Below are positions 36,629 to 50,357 of a DNA stretch of 64,000 bases, in pieces (positions within the stretch are counted from its first letter, which is position 1; every line of letters starts with the position of its first letter). The position numbers and the translations under genes were made by a program. The DNA comes from Elsinoe ampelina (taxonomy: Eukaryota). The stretch spans positions 1,077,850 to 1,141,849 of the forward strand of contig ML992509.1 of the NCBI GenBank assembly GCA_010093995.1. The letters are read 5' to 3'. Below the pieces are notes generated by a model, which saw only the letters and a list, made by a program, of their open reading frames with translations, was not told the origin of the DNA and did no database searches.

Positions 36629-39600
36629 CTAGTATGGGATCCCGTTCGTCAACAACTGGAACTGATCATAGCCCTTGGTCGAATAGCTTCCTTCACTCTT
36701 GCGGACCAGGAACCGCATGAACTCGGCGGCCTCTCTTTCGGCCTTGCCCAGCACGAATCGCTCCCTGAAATGCTTGATCGTCTCGGGCTTGAAGCACGGC
36801 AGACCGCTCTCCAACATGGGCGTGATCAGACTGGCGAGCTTGTCTACGTATGGTCTGACGGCGAGGAAGGCTTTGACGCATAGCTCCTCGAAGCGGCCGA
36901 ACGGAGCAGCATGCGGTCCCCCCATCACCGCCGTCATCTCGCCGGTGAGCTTGAAGGGAGCGCGCTCGAACTTGACGCCTCCTGGTGCAATGTCGAGCAG
37001 GAAGCCGAAATCGATGTGCAGTACATGACCTTGATCGTCAATCATGATGTTTCCGTTGTGGCGATCCTTGAACTGGAGTAGGTAAGAAATGACGCTGTAT
37101 GCCGCCATTGACTTGATAAAGTTGGCACGAGCTTTCTGAAAGGCAAGACTGTCTTCGCTGCCAAAGTGCGAGATGAAGTACTCGTAGAGACCATTGACTT
37201 GTTCTCGACCCAGCATGTCGCGGGATATGCTGTTAGGTAGCACGTCGATGACACCGCATCCAGGAGCCGTCGCTGTGACTCGGTAGGGGAAGACGTACAC
37301 GTCGAGACCGACGTTGTTGAAGATGCTGCGGAAGGCAGAGATCAGTTGCAGCGCGAGCACATCTTGTCGGCAATCGTCACCGACTTTGAAGATGGCAGAC
37401 TGCCATACCTCCAATGCCAAAGGCGCCATTCGGACTTCACTCGCTCGAGTGTCGACGCTGGCGTTTTGCATATGCGTCTTAGATGGCTGCTTCCTGACCG
37501 CAACTGCCTTCGAATCCGTCTCGTCCTGCTTGATCTCTTTTCGTATGCGGAAAGTAGCCATGTAAGGTGCTTTTGCATGAGACTGTAGCGGCTTGCCCGA
37601 CTTACGATCGATACCGATGACCACACCATCTGGATTCGACGGAAGGTAGACCCCGACGTCAACTTGGATCTTGCGTAGCTCCTCTTCGATCTTCTGCTTC
37701 TTCTCGGGTTTTGGCCGCTTGATGAAGGGTCGGAGCTTGCCAGAAATGCCAGTGACTTCATTGAAGAAGCTGAACTCGCGCTCATAGAAGTCTTTGTCTT
37801 CCGGACTAAACGACGCGATAAGCGCATCCATGACCTTGTCAAGTGTTGGCTTGATTGAATCTGGCACAGTGGCATCTTCATCCTTGTAGGCATTCGCCTT
37901 CATGTTCCAGATGATCTGGTGAGCAAAGAGCTGAGAGAATTTGGCCGTCTCGATGATGTACCGCTCCACGTATCCCAGGTAGTCGTATCGCAATGTCTGC
38001 ACAATTTGCGGCACGTAGAAGAAGGTTATGTCGACTGAGTGCGATTCCAAAGCTCGCACGGCATACTGGATGATGTACGGATGATTTCCAAAGATCGGCA
38101 GGAAGTAGTTCACAGCAGTGATGGGGTTGACCGGCGCCCAATACAAGAGACATTGTAGATAGGTATCGGACAAAGTAGGTGTCGTTCCCTTCGCAAGTGA
38201 TTGTATGTGAAGCTGGTCAGGTGTAGGTTGCTGCCCGGCAATGCCTAGCAAGATCGGAATAGCGTCAGGCTCGTCCAGCGCCTTGACCGGATTGCGCAGG
38301 AGCAGGCCCCGGACATCGTTTAGCAGGCGGTCTGCATGGAAGCGAATTGCCAGCTGGATCGCAAGTGAGGCGTCCTCAGCCCAGGCAACTGGCAAGAGTG
38401 AGGCTACGACGTTCTGTAGCAAGTCAGCTATGATTCGTCCGCAAGATAGACCGACTGACCTCGGCCGCTTTGGCACCATGATGGACATGCAGCACATTGG
38501 TATTTCCAGAGTCCAGAGGTGTCAACCACACGCCCAGGCGATAGATCTCGCTTCTGATCAGAACGAGAAGCAGCTCTTGTCGCTGTTGTAGGGATCTTCG
38601 TGCACTGCTTGAAGAAGCACCGACAGTCGCAAGGTTCTCGATCGCAGCGATGGAGTCTGCAAGTAATTTGAGCTCCGCCTTGACTTGCAATTTGTTTCCT
38701 CCAAATGACCACCTAGGGTTTCTCAGTCGAGCTCAGCCTCTCTTGCCGTCCTATAAACTCACCTCGGCGCATGGACAAACCACCGGAGTCCAACAGACAA
38801 CACGAGGTCTTTCATCATCCACTTCTGTTCGTTATCAAAGATCGTAGAGTTGGCGAGTGTCCTGCATCCTGCTACGAGTAGCCTGAAGTGCAACTCTCTT
38901 GCCAGAGGTTGCGAAGGTGCCCGGCTCATGGCTAGCATGGTGTTGCGAATGTTTCGCAAGAAGAGCTTTTCTGCAGAAGACGAGGTGTAACGACTGGCGT
39001 GAAAGTGACTTGCGATAAATTGGAACAGACGTACGACCGGAGCGATTCCATTGCCAGCGTGCTGCTGTTTCTTGACGAGCGCATCTTTGTCGGTCGGAGC
39101 GAATTCCTGCTTGACATAGAATGGATCGGGATGCCTGCAAGTTTATCAGCATGTATTCTAGTTGGTCAGAATCAGCAATCGTACAAGGTGGCGGGTAGCG
39201 GTGAAAGGTCATTTTCTCTGAGCTTGATCTCCCAACACATCATGACCTCGACAACAATCTGTGTCGATAGTCTGCTATTCTCCCTCAAAACGCCCATCCA
39301 TAACGAGACGCCAAGCTTAATGGTATCGCGAGTGAAGGGTATACAAGGGACCTTGACAAGGAGGTGTACAAGCGTCCTGTTTTCGACATCTGATCGACAC
39401 AGTAAAGCAGCACCTCTGCGCAGAGCTGGACGAAGCTCTTCGATGGAGACGTTCTCATCATCTTCTAGGCGATTTCTAATTTGCTGGAGCGAGTCAAGAG
39501 CATCCTCAACTTCTTGCTTGAGATCGTCATGTGTGATTATGGTGGCTGTCCTATGTCAGTACGCGAGTGAAGACATGACAATATGTACAGACCATGACTG

Positions 39601-42600
39601 TGTAATAGAATATTGTCCTCGTCATCGTCAAATATGGTATCGATTGTTCGATATTCCTGTCTGGTCGTGTACTGTGCCATGAAATCCGAGGCGGAATTGA
39701 TTCCAATATCGAGCCTCTTATCCATGTTACCTATTCGCAGGTCGTGCTTGGGAATGAGACATCCCATTTCCAAGGCGAATGAACGGCCAAGAGCGACATG
39801 ACCGTAAGCGCCTTTGTCCTCGAAGTCGGAGAGATAGGTCTGCAACAATCCCTTGACGTCGAGAGGCATGATGTCGATAACATGAGACACCCAAGCTCTA
39901 CAGTTCTTCAGGAAAATGGTGAGCGTGCCTCGTCGGACTTCAAAGTCGTCAGACAATTGGATCGACACACCACCTTTCTTGGAACTATACTCGTTCTTCC
40001 ACTCGACATCCTCTGTTTCTTCATCCAGGCAGCTCATCCACAGAAGCGTCAACAGCTCCAGCATGGCGAAGAGAGAACTCTTTTGGCACAGAACGGACGG
40101 CACATTGGTGATGATCCGATTGGCAGACTCCGTAGCAATCTGTCGCACCTTTGCGACTCGATGACAGCAGCCTTGCAGGAAAGTGACGAGCTGGTTGGCG
40201 AGCTGGGGAGCAGCATACCTTTGCCGCAAGCTTTCTTGAGTGCGGGTCACATAGGTTTTGACTTCCACTTTTGCGACCGCGACCAGGCAGTCGCTCAACT
40301 TTCCGGCCTTGAATCGGCTGTCGTAAAAGTACTCCATTGTCCGAGTGCAACTACCAGCCTCTGCCCTCAACCCCGCGATCAGATTTGCGGCGTTGAGGAA
40401 GGTGAGCTCGGCGTATTCTAGGTCTTTGATATCGCTCTCATGCTCGGGGAAACAGCTGATCAAGGCCTGTTTCTGTTGCGCCATGTGTGCTGGGTTCATG
40501 TTTCGTCGAAGCACAGTGTTGAGTTCTACTCCTGTTTCTCGAGCGTCTGCTCGTGAATTGTCGACAAGCGAAGGACTGTACAATGCAAGCGTCTCCAACT
40601 CTCCCTGATGCCGTCGGGTAAGGCCGGACTTCAAAGTGAAGTCATGAGCAACGAGATTGTACCACGCATCCCTGGTCAGGTTGCTCAACAAGACAGGATC
40701 TTCGAATTTGGCCTCCTTGCCAGGCTCTGCGGAGATGAGAATTGCAAGGGGTTTTAAGACTTGGCCGATCTCTTCGGAACCGAGTATGCCGCCTTTGATT
40801 GACTTCTTGTCACTCTGAATGGCACCTGTAGTGCTCACGACAGTATCCAGCAAATGTGTCAGATAGATCTCGTAAAGGGGAGAAGTCTTCGGAATGCCAT
40901 TCGCAAGGGTCAGGCGTGCGTCCATCACAGCGTGTAGCAAAGCGTTGTTACCAGTTCTTAGGCACTCATGCGCCACCCTGGCATACAGCCTCAGAAGAGG
41001 TCTCAAGTCGTGGACGGAGCCACGCAGTCCGAGTAGTGCTGAGCCCTGAACAATTTTGATATCAATCGCTACCGAGACACGCCCAATTTTCTGTACCAGC
41101 ATGGAGATGGCTAATGATATGATCTTCTCATCATTCGATCTTGTCGCAATCCTCACAACGGCTTGCACTACAGTGCCATGGACCGTGGCCATGTCGTCAA
41201 TGTCACTGGTTACAAGCGAGATGGAGCTACCATTGCTCTGCTGTGAGTAGAATTGCGCAGTGTTCTTGTTGCCAGGGTTTCCATCGAAAAAGAGATTCGG
41301 ATTGGCACGAGCAGGATCAGTCCCCGCGCTTAGGATATTGCCGAGACTGTACAGAGTGCTGATCTGCATATCCTGAGGCAGAAGTAGGAGAACCCGAGCA
41401 AGACAATCTGCAGCGACGGCAGCAGTCTCTGGAGTCATTTTGCTCTGTACGATGAGCCGCGGTAGAGATCGACCAAGCGTGGAGGCGAATGAGTTTGTTG
41501 CCTTTGCAAGGATCGCCATGCATCGGAGAGTCGTCTGCGCTAGCTCGTCATCGGCGAGTTGTATTTGATCAGCTAGCACGGCCTCGAGCCATCCCATGAG
41601 GACATCAGCATCGGCAGTGTCTTCAAAGAGGGAAAGGTAGAGGAAAGACTTGATGGCATACGCCTTCATCGAGTGCGCTAGTCGTTGTTGCCAGACCGAA
41701 CTGACACGCAAAAAGTCCGCATCAGCCTCGAGAAGCCCAATGGCGTCAACGACGTAGCCTGCAAGCCTGTCGACAGTACCTTCGGCTGTGTCACCTGGGA
41801 ATGTCTGGAATGGCAGAGCCCTGTCGAGCAGGAAATCCAAAGTGCCGTCCCGATCTGACTTGTCTGGAGGCGCAATGAAGAGAGAAGTGGACGATGCTAG
41901 TAGACGCATGAACGAGTGCTGCAGTATCATGGCACCAAGTGGCCGTCCAGTCGAGGCGTATGAGGTCAGTACGCGCTTCCAAGGTCTGAGGTCTTTGTAA
42001 TGTGAGCTCGCATTCCGTAATGAGGACAGTCTCCCCTCGATCTGAATCATGAATTCTTCGGACAGTACAGTATGTAGCTCCTGTAGTATGCTGAACCTCT
42101 CGGACGCTACCAGTGAATCGGTTTTCTCTGCCATGGCTGTCTGGAGGCCCAGCAAAGCGGCACAGAACCTGATGGCTTCACCATCGAGGTCTGTATGATC
42201 ATCTTCGGTGTCTTCGGAAGGGTTCCCATGCGCTTCTTCAATCTTTTGCCCTACCGCTACCCAATCGTCCACCGTGCGTTTGATGTATGATAAGGCGGAG
42301 GATCTTAGGTCTTCGTGGTTGACGCTGATGGCGAGGAGCGCAGTGGTAACGTCGTGTGCGACGAGCTCCCAGGGAGATGGATGGAAAGTCCGTAGGTATG
42401 GCGAGCCTCTGAAGTTCTGAGCATGGATCTCGGTAAGGTATGGGCCGATCTGTTGCACCAAGCGTTCGGCATGAGCAGGATTCCGGACAGCTGGGGCTGC
42501 GCTACATAGTGAGAGGAGATATTCGAGTTCTCGGATGCTCTTCGTAAATGTTAGTTGTATGCGTCTGCTCTTGCTAATCGTAGACTGACCATAGGTGCGG

Positions 42601-42843
42601 AGGTTGTAGCCTTGGGGTGCGCTGTCCCATTGATGCCATTGCTGACAGGATCTCGTTTGTAGCTGTCGCATAGACGGATGAAGCTGGAGTTGCTACTGGA
42701 GCTATGCCCCTTGGATTTTGTCGCAAGTTGACCTAGCTTCTCGAGAGCACGCCGGCGCAAAGTGCTCTCGGTGGGATATCTGGTCTAGTCAGTGCCATGC
42801 AATTGACAATTTGAGGGGATGCTAACGAATCCAGCGACTGCAT
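36629..42843 (-). CDS. STT4: Phosphatidylinositol 4-kinase type III-alpha
   Basis: Long helical N-terminal region; PIK helical domain FFYVPQIVQTLRYD; kinase motifs LQSHAKAP, FKVGDDCRQD, KDRHNGN, HIDFGF; C-terminal FQLLTNGIPY*; several introns, start codon approximate. Confidence 0.95.
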
Positions 42844-43482
42844 AGCTACCTGCCCAGGGTCCGTGGAGGACCTTTGAGTACGAGCGTTCACCCTATGAGC
42901 GCACTGGTGACAGGTGTCAGATCTTGGAATAAACGTAGCTTGCACAGTCAGTCAGGGATTCATGGAGGTAGTGAGGCTCTGCAGAGCACCGACGTCACCC
43001 GCAAACACATGCAGGGATCCCTACAGGACATGTCAAACTCTAGAGATAGCCTATATATCTTATCTCCAATGCTTTTCTCTTGCTTCACATCACATCTTCG
43101 GCGCTCCAAAGCATATTCCGTCATCTCACTATACCATTCCCCATCCAAGGTGTGTCTCCGGTAGGTCAAGAGCTCCATCAGAGACAACCAAGCCCGCACA
43201 GGCACTGCCAATGCTGTTACGTAAAAACATGTCCTCAGGGTCGCTGTTCATTGCGCGAGCAACTCATTTCTCGTCCCACCATTGCAAGTTGCTGTGCGAA
43301 ATCCTTTCCTTCGCCTTCCTCCTCTCCTCTCAGTCACAAGCGACAAGACAAGCACAAACATCTTCCCTGAACAGAAACTTCCGGACCGTTAACAAAACCG
43401 CTGCTTGCCTCATCTTTATTTCGCTCATCCATCTTTTTTCTTCCTCCCCAAGAGTCACGACCAAGACCCGCCCACGCGCACC

Positions 43483-43897
43483 ATGACCTCCAACACGCAG
43501 CAAAAAATCTTCTCCGGCCGCGGCGGCGCAGGTACGTCCCCTCACCCTCCCACCACCATACCCCTCTGACCCAAGTCTCCCAGGCAACGTCGCCCCCGCC
43601 TCCCCCTCCCTCGAACCCGTCGACCTCTCCACCCCCACCATCAAGCAGAACCACTACACCACCGGCCGCGGCGGGTCAGGCAATATTGTCCCCAACGAGT
43701 CGGCGGAGAACGCGCGCAAGGCACAGGATGTCGAGGCGTCGGCGGCCGCGGCGAAGCAGCAGGTTGGGGACAAGCCGGGGTATTTTGGGCGAGGAGGGGC
43801 GGCGAATGTGGTGAAGAAGGCGGTGGAGGGGGTGAAGGAGAAGGTCACTGGGTCGGGGAAAGAGGGGGAGAGGAATGGGAGTGGGGAGGGCAAGTAG
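43483..43897 (+). CDS. Small GRGGxGN-repeat protein (DUF3602/Par32-like)
   Basis: MTSNTQQKIFSGRGGA|GNV..TTGRGGSGNI..GRGGAANV; intron ~43532-43583. Confidence 0.75.
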
Positions 43898-44361
43898 ATA
43901 TGTTTGGCGGGGGAGAGAGGTGAAGGGCAATTTTGGGAAGAGGGGGAAGAGGAAGGAGTTGTTTTGTTGCTTTATACCCAGACTTTTGATGGCCTGCTTG
44001 TGGCTGTACAGACGCATGCAATCGATGTTTATTTTGGAAAGGGAGGGATTGTAATTGATTTTACACCGTGTAGACGCATGCATGTTGATGTTTAGACTAA
44101 TCATCCACACACTCATAATTCGCACCCCTACATACGTACATGGAGACAGAAGGGCGGTCAATCAACGAAGGCAGTCAAGCAATCATCGTACTCCTCCTCG
44201 ATGCCACCAATGAAGCACGAGCACGCATTAGTTATGGAGTGTGTGCACGGTAATACGAATGGTCATGAATTGATCGTAATATAGTACAAAACCCTCTTCG
44301 TAAAAATGTTCAGATCATCCTTAGAGCGCCTGGCTCATCCCAGCCTTCACTTAAATCTCCT

Positions 44362-44812
44362 CTACTTCTGCTCGGATGGTCCATGGCCCTTGAAGACGCT
44401 GTACATGATTAACAGCTGTCTTTTGCAGAAACACCCGCATGAAACCGCCGTGAAGGAGAGTTAAGGCAAACCAGTACAAGGAGGTATGCTCTCGCCAAAG
44501 ACAGGAAGGATAAAAACAGTCCGCAGGTGACAGAGGTGACATGAATCACTTGTCCAAAGGATTAGCCTGGCGGACGTACTTGTTAAACATGCTGCCAATG
44601 AAGCCTGGCTTTTGGCCCGTCTCGGTCAGAGACTGGCGACGTTGCTGGTAGGCTTGGTTGTCTGGGTTGCGCTTGTATTGAGAGAGGCTGGCGAACATGG
44701 CGCCGCTTGACTGAGAAGAGGTTAGTGATGATAAAGGAAAATAGTAGTGGGGAGGGCTTACTCGTCGGCGGGAGCTGTCGTAGGAGGTGCGCTCTGGTGA
44801 TGGGGCAGACAT
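44362..44812 (-). CDS. Small hydrophilic fungal protein of unknown function
   Basis: MSAPSPERTSYDSSRRR|SSGAMFASLSQYKR..RRQSLTETGQKPGFIGSMFN|VFKG..*; canonical donors and acceptors for two introns; last exon less certain. Confidence 0.6.
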
Positions 44813-46109
44813 GGTTGTAGTGGGTGCTTCGGTATTGGTGGTTGTGTGGATGGTGATATTGGTTTTTCTAATGACTTGACGTGAAATCGTGTTTGCTTGC
44901 TTGAGAAACGGATGAGGAGACAGGGCTATCTATATACTCATCCTCCTGACACCTACCTCGCTCGTTTCACTGACACCCTCCTCACTTTCCAACGTCTTCC
45001 ATCCATGGAGGTTAGCCCGAGCTCCCAGCCAGATGCTCGTCATCGAGTCAGTCAGCCAATCAAATCGATCGGAATCGCAGCCATCGTCACTTTACCCCAC
45101 GATAAGGACCCGATCAGCACTAGCGCCGGACGTCGATTTCAAACTCCTTGACATGCGACTCTGCATCGGCCATTTCTTCCTCCCTTCGTCGATGCTCACT
45201 CGTCTGCCTTTCAGCCTGCAACTCGTGGCAGATCTCGGTACGTGCCTATCTGGATCTGCGGCGATGAGACGACTCACATAAGAGATCCAACTTGGCGATC
45301 GGAGGAATTTTCTCCTCGCTTGATCTGGAGACCCTGGTTTTCACATGCTCCGGCCATGTCATGGCTGTCTGTGCGAGGGGTTTGGAGCTCAGGGATGCGA
45401 GGCGCTAAGGAATGACGTCGCGTGCTGCTGTTCATATCTGTCGGGCTGGCCATTGGGTAGGATGGGTAGGGATAAGGAGGGGAAGCTTCGTGCTGCAGTG
45501 GAAGCCTCACACCACGCCTCGTGTCGCGTGCTCACAGCTCTGTCAGCTTCGGACAAGTGCAAGTGATTCCAAAGCAGACATGAATGTGGAATAAGTTAAT
45601 CCTCGACAAAGCAAAGAGGGTCTGCTTGATGTTTCTTGGGTCCGGCACAACCACGTTTGACGTCTACGGCCCACAAAGCGACGTGGTCTAGACCATTCAG
45701 ATCTCCATGTTCCTGACTTTGCAAATGAATGGGTGAAGATCCGCTGCTCAGATCGAGTGTCTTTTCGGCTTTGCCCTACCACACTAGCACTAGCACTAGA
45801 CTATGCTAACTTGATCGTATCGAGCAGAGGAAGGGTAGAGACTCTCTCATCTGCGCTGTTCGTTTGTGTCCAAATGATGGATGACCAGCAGAACGATCCG
45901 CTATGTTTCGACACTGCAGCGGAACCCTGACTAGGCGTCGAACAGTTTCGCATACACATCTACAAAGGGTTTCGACTCTCACCACATTCACGCCTACGCG
46001 ATGCGTAGCATGCCCTCGTGTTATATCGTCTCAATGACCGTGTCACTAGATTCCATAGTCAAACAAGTTGGTATACAATTCCATCTATCGGGTATCATAA
46101 CGCATCTAC

Positions 46110-47842
46110 TCACTTCTCCTCCACCTTCACCTTCTCAACCTCTACACTCCTATCACTCCCCCTCCTCTCCCCATCCACCCCCTCCAAACTCGCCGCGAAC
46201 CTCTCCTCCTCCCAAGCCCTCATCTCCTCCCTCGACACCCTCGCCTCGGGCACCGGGAAAACCCAACTCAGCCCCGCATACACCACGGCAGCACTCATGA
46301 AGCCCCACAGATAATTGAAATTGTAAATCTTCTCCGCGGCCCCGATATAAACACTCGAATCCACATTCCTGATCAACCCGGGCATGTTCGGCCCCAGACT
46401 CACCACCAGCGCCACCACGGCCCGGAAATTCGTCCCCTTCCAGTACCGATACCTCCCCATCGGTCTGTACAGCGCGGGCACGTCGATGCGTCGCCCGCTC
46501 ACGACCCAGTAATCCGTCGCCAGCAACGCGGCGATGGGCGCGAGGAAGACGGCCAGCGCCGACATGAAGTTGATCAGACTGGCCGCGCTGCTGACGATTT
46601 TCCAGGGCACCATGACCCAGGCGCCGATGATGGTGGTGATGATGGCGCCGCGGCGGATGTTGATGTACTTTGGACACAGGGAGGTCATGTCATTGGCGCA
46701 GGAGATGACGTTGGCGGATACGTTGACTCCGATCTGCGCGACGCACCATGCTGCGCCGCAGAAGAAGGCGGCGGCGCGGCCACCGGGCCCGTCGAAGCGG
46801 GACGTGAGTTGGACTGGGTCCCAGATGTATTCTCCGTAGACGACGCGGGAGGCGGATGTGGCGATGATGCCCATTACGCCGATGAAGGTGGAGATGCCGG
46901 GCATGAGGAGGGCTTGGAGGTAGACCTTACGGTCGGACTTCATGTACCGGGTGTAGTCGGCTACGTTGGTGGCCATGGTGGCCCAAGAGCCGGTGAGGGA
47001 GGACATGAAGTAGAGGATGAGCCAGGAGCGCTCGGAACCGGTGTAGCGCGGTTGTTGGTCCCAGATGTCGCCGCTGCCGCCGGCTTTGACGCAGAGGCCG
47101 ATGACCATGGCTACTGCGGCGAGGGTGACGAAGACGGCTTTGAAGAGGAAAAAGGATTTGAGTTTGTGAGGCGGGATGAGGAGGATGGGGAATTGGACGA
47201 GCCAGAAGATGAGGTGGGAGACCATTTGTTGGGTGGTGATGCCGGCCGAGGCGGGGAGGTTGTTCGGGATGAGAAGGTAGGAGGGCCAGATGGAGCGGAT
47301 GACTTGGGTCATGGCGGTGGCGCCGGAGTAGGTTTGGATGGAATGCCAGAAGAGGGCTGTGACCATGCGGATGACGACGGGGACGCGAGAGAACCAGTAG
47401 CCGAAGGAGGAGCGGGAGGCAATGGCGTAGGGGACGTGGAGACGAGCACCGACCATTCCGTTGAGGACGAGGGGAATGGCGATGATAGAGGTACCGAGGA
47501 TGAGGCAGACGAGGGCTTCGCGGTAGGTAAGGCCTATGCTGATGATGGCCGAGGCGCCAGCCCAGGATTGTGTGGAGAGGATATCAGACATCTGCGAGTG
47601 TTAGTTGAAAGGGAGGATAGGTGACGCTGTGGACTTACCCAGTATCCGACGAGTGACCATCCTCCCCAGGTTTGGCGTTCGAGAGGTGTGACATCGTTGT
47701 CGATGTTGACCCAAGTGCCAAGTGGAGCAAAGCTAGATGTTTGCTTTGGTAGCACCCAGGACTCCAAAGACGTGGTCCTGGCTTTGACCTTGGCTTTGAT
47801 GTGGTTGCTCTTGCTGATGACTCGTTCTTTGACAGCATCCAT
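46110..47842 (-). CDS. NCS1 nucleobase/allantoin permease (Fur4/Dal4-like)
   Basis: WVNIDNDVTP..TWGGWSLVGYW|MSD; RSSFGY; WATMATNVADYTRY; VSANVISCANDMTSLCPKYINIRRG; VPWKI; about 12 TM segments; intron ~47591-47638. Confidence 0.92.
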
Positions 47843-48434
47843 GGTGATGGAGTGAGCAGCGAGACTCTGTCAGCACGCTCTGAAAATCCCTTGACCAGAA
47901 ATCAAGAACGGTGTGCATCAAGACATTTGTATGTTCACTCCCTCATCCTCCAGGACGGGCTACTATCTCGCCCTCATCAAGGGAACAGATGTGACGATTG
48001 ATAGGCGTGTGGTGAGCTTCCCGAGGCGGCCGACGCGTATGCTTGTCATGTAGTCTGTGATAGAGGAGTTCATGCATGTCGTGACCGCCTAACAATAGGG
48101 TCCGCGTGCTGAGACAAACTTTAATTGGGTCAACTGCCGACGTGGAGGAAAGGGTTTTGAAGTGAGGAAGTCGATAAGGTTAGTGTTGCCCGAGGGATTC
48201 CGAGGGCCCAACATGCCTTTGAACTTGATGGCATCATCCCACTATTGCATGATATACGAGCCTGACAGCAGGATCATGGACATCAAGTCAAGGGATGATA
48301 GGTAAATCAACGGGGCTATCTCGAGGGTGGCAGTGTCAATGCCCGCCAATCTCGCGAATCATTTCGAATATCTCTCGTCGTGAAGCGTGATTACAGCTAT
48401 GTACATAAGGTACTCTCAATCCCAATCCCAATCC

Positions 48435-50357
48435 CTAAGCGGTATAGAAATCATTGACCCCAGGATTATACATGTCTGGAGTCTGTAAGGCCAGAGGCTG
48501 TAGAAGCATATCCTCGGCAGGCTCCATGTTCTTCCATTTGTCCCACCCCAACGCCTGCAGTCGTGTCAAAGTAAATTGAATCCAATCGCCCATTTTCGCT
48601 TTTATCCGCAATTGCCATTCCAGGTCCTTCATCAACAATCGTAGTTCTTGACTCTCTGCAAGATTTCGGCTCGTGGCATTCATGAGTCCGAGAAATGAGC
48701 CCAGCATGGTAGCACAGCTGCCCGCAGCAGCAATCCAAAAAGCCTCCATATGCTGGGACTGGAGCTGTCGGAAGAAGTCAACAATGGTGCGGACCCGGGT
48801 GAGTTGGGTGGATCTGATGAAGACTATAAATTGGTCGATGTTACCCAACGGATCGAATGGGTCGGTATCCTGAGCAGCCCAGATGAGTCGGCGGTATACG
48901 GCCACGGAGACTGCATGGTGCATTAGATAGAGACAGGCGCTCGCATTCAGTCGTCCTGTCTCGTGATACTCAAATCTCAGCTCAGGTGCTAGATTCTTTT
49001 GGAGCTCCGCCAGCTGCCTGCCAATTGGCTCGACTACAGGAAGCACTTGGGTGTAGAAGTCGTTCACGTTGCGCCTGGCCTTGGATAAATACAGCCCTCT
49101 GACAACCTGGTTCGCAACGATGGCAAGCTTGGCCATTTCCATGAACATGATCTTACCGTCCTCGATGCTGGGCTGCTCCTGCGTGTCTTCATCCTGCCGA
49201 CCTTCCGAGAAGTCCGAGGGTTCAAGTGGTAACACATCCCAGTCCACGAGATTCAGGACCTGGTGATAGCCTTGTGTCAGGGCGGCGAAAGCATCCTGAA
49301 TCACAAGAGCCCAGGCCAGTCGTTTTCGTAGTCCACGTTCCCATGATGGTATCGCCCAGGTTGTACAATCCAAGTGGAGGCCCATCTGCTGGCCTAGAGC
49401 TATGAGTGACGCCAGAAACGTGGCACTCAGTGCACTGCTTGTAGGTGCTGTTGAACTCGGTAAGTTTCGCTGCAGCAGGAGAAGTCCGGCTTGCACCGAG
49501 TTCAGTCGAGGCCTGAGGAAGGACTCCTGTACAGCGCGATACGCGAGAGATGCCAGTGCCTCTTCGTCAAGCTTGCCTTCAGCCAATAGCTCCTCGTCAT
49601 ACATCCACCACTTTGTCGCCAGACAGTACACGGTGCCAAGCAAGTGCGGAGTGATCTCCTTGTAAGTACGTTCATATTTCTCGATAAAAACCTGCTTGTG
49701 GAGTATTGGAAATGATGGATGGACGATGCGAAAGTAGAGTCTGACGAGAGCTGGCCCATGAGGTTTGACGAGATTCTCGATGTCATCCACGGTCACATGA
49801 TTCTTGGATTCCAGGAGGCTCACGTTGTCCGGAACCATGCGGAATAGAGCATCTTCGTCGACTCGTCGGATTTGAGTATACAGGCCTCCTTGCTTGCGCG
49901 GCGGGATGCCAGGTGTCCGTTGTCCGAGGCCATTGACCGGGACGTGCTGGTAATCAACATCGTTGGACAATAACAACCAATCATGACTACCATTGGGTCC
50001 AACGAGCTCGCAGGATCGGCTCTTCTCTAGACCTAATGTCTCGGTGAGAATTGAATGAATTGGATAATCGGGTGAACTCGTCGACGAAGGCGCAATGCTG
50101 TCCTTTGCCTGGCCAGTGACGTTGCTGGTATTGTTTGTATTTGCTTGACTGGGCTGTGAGTTGGCAGGAGATGTATGCGGCGTCACGCGTCGACGCTTTG
50201 GTGGAGGAGGCTCAAGAAAGGTGCATTGCTCTATTCCCAAAGTCCGACACGTCAAGCAAAGTGACGAATCATCCAGCGCTATACATCGCTGTTTTCTCTT
50301 ACGACAGACGTCGCATGCTCTGCTGCTGGGCATGCTCGGGAGCCGGCTATGCGCCAA
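48435..50357 (-). CDS. Zn(II)2Cys6 transcription factor with Fungal_trans domain (Dal81/TamA-like)
   Basis: ACDVCRKRKQRC..CLTCRTLGIEQC; LVRLYFRIVHPSFPILHK; MGLHLDCTTWAIPSWERGLRKRLAWAL; intronless 640 aa. Confidence 0.9.
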   Translation of the reverse strand: MAHSRLPSMPSSRACDVCRKRKQRCIALDDSSLCLTCRTLGIEQCTFLEPPPPKRRRVTPHTSPANSQPSQANTNNTSNVTGQAKDSIAPSSTSSPDYPIHSILTETLGLEKSRSCELVGPNGSHDWLLLSNDVDYQHVPVNGLGQRTPGIPPRKQGGLYTQIRRVDEDALFRMVPDNVSLLESKNHVTVDDIENLVKPHGPALVRLYFRIVHPSFPILHKQVFIEKYERTYKEITPHLLGTVYCLATKWWMYDEELLAEGKLDEEALASLAYRAVQESFLRPRLNSVQAGLLLLQRNLPSSTAPTSSALSATFLASLIALGQQMGLHLDCTTWAIPSWERGLRKRLAWALVIQDAFAALTQGYHQVLNLVDWDVLPLEPSDFSEGRQDEDTQEQPSIEDGKIMFMEMAKLAIVANQVVRGLYLSKARRNVNDFYTQVLPVVEPIGRQLAELQKNLAPELRFEYHETGRLNASACLYLMHHAVSVAVYRRLIWAAQDTDPFDPLGNIDQFIVFIRSTQLTRVRTIVDFFRQLQSQHMEAFWIAAAGSCATMLGSFLGLMNATSRNLAESQELRLLMKDLEWQLRIKAKMGDWIQFTLTRLQALGWDKWKNMEPAEDMLLQPLALQTPDMYNPGVNDFYTA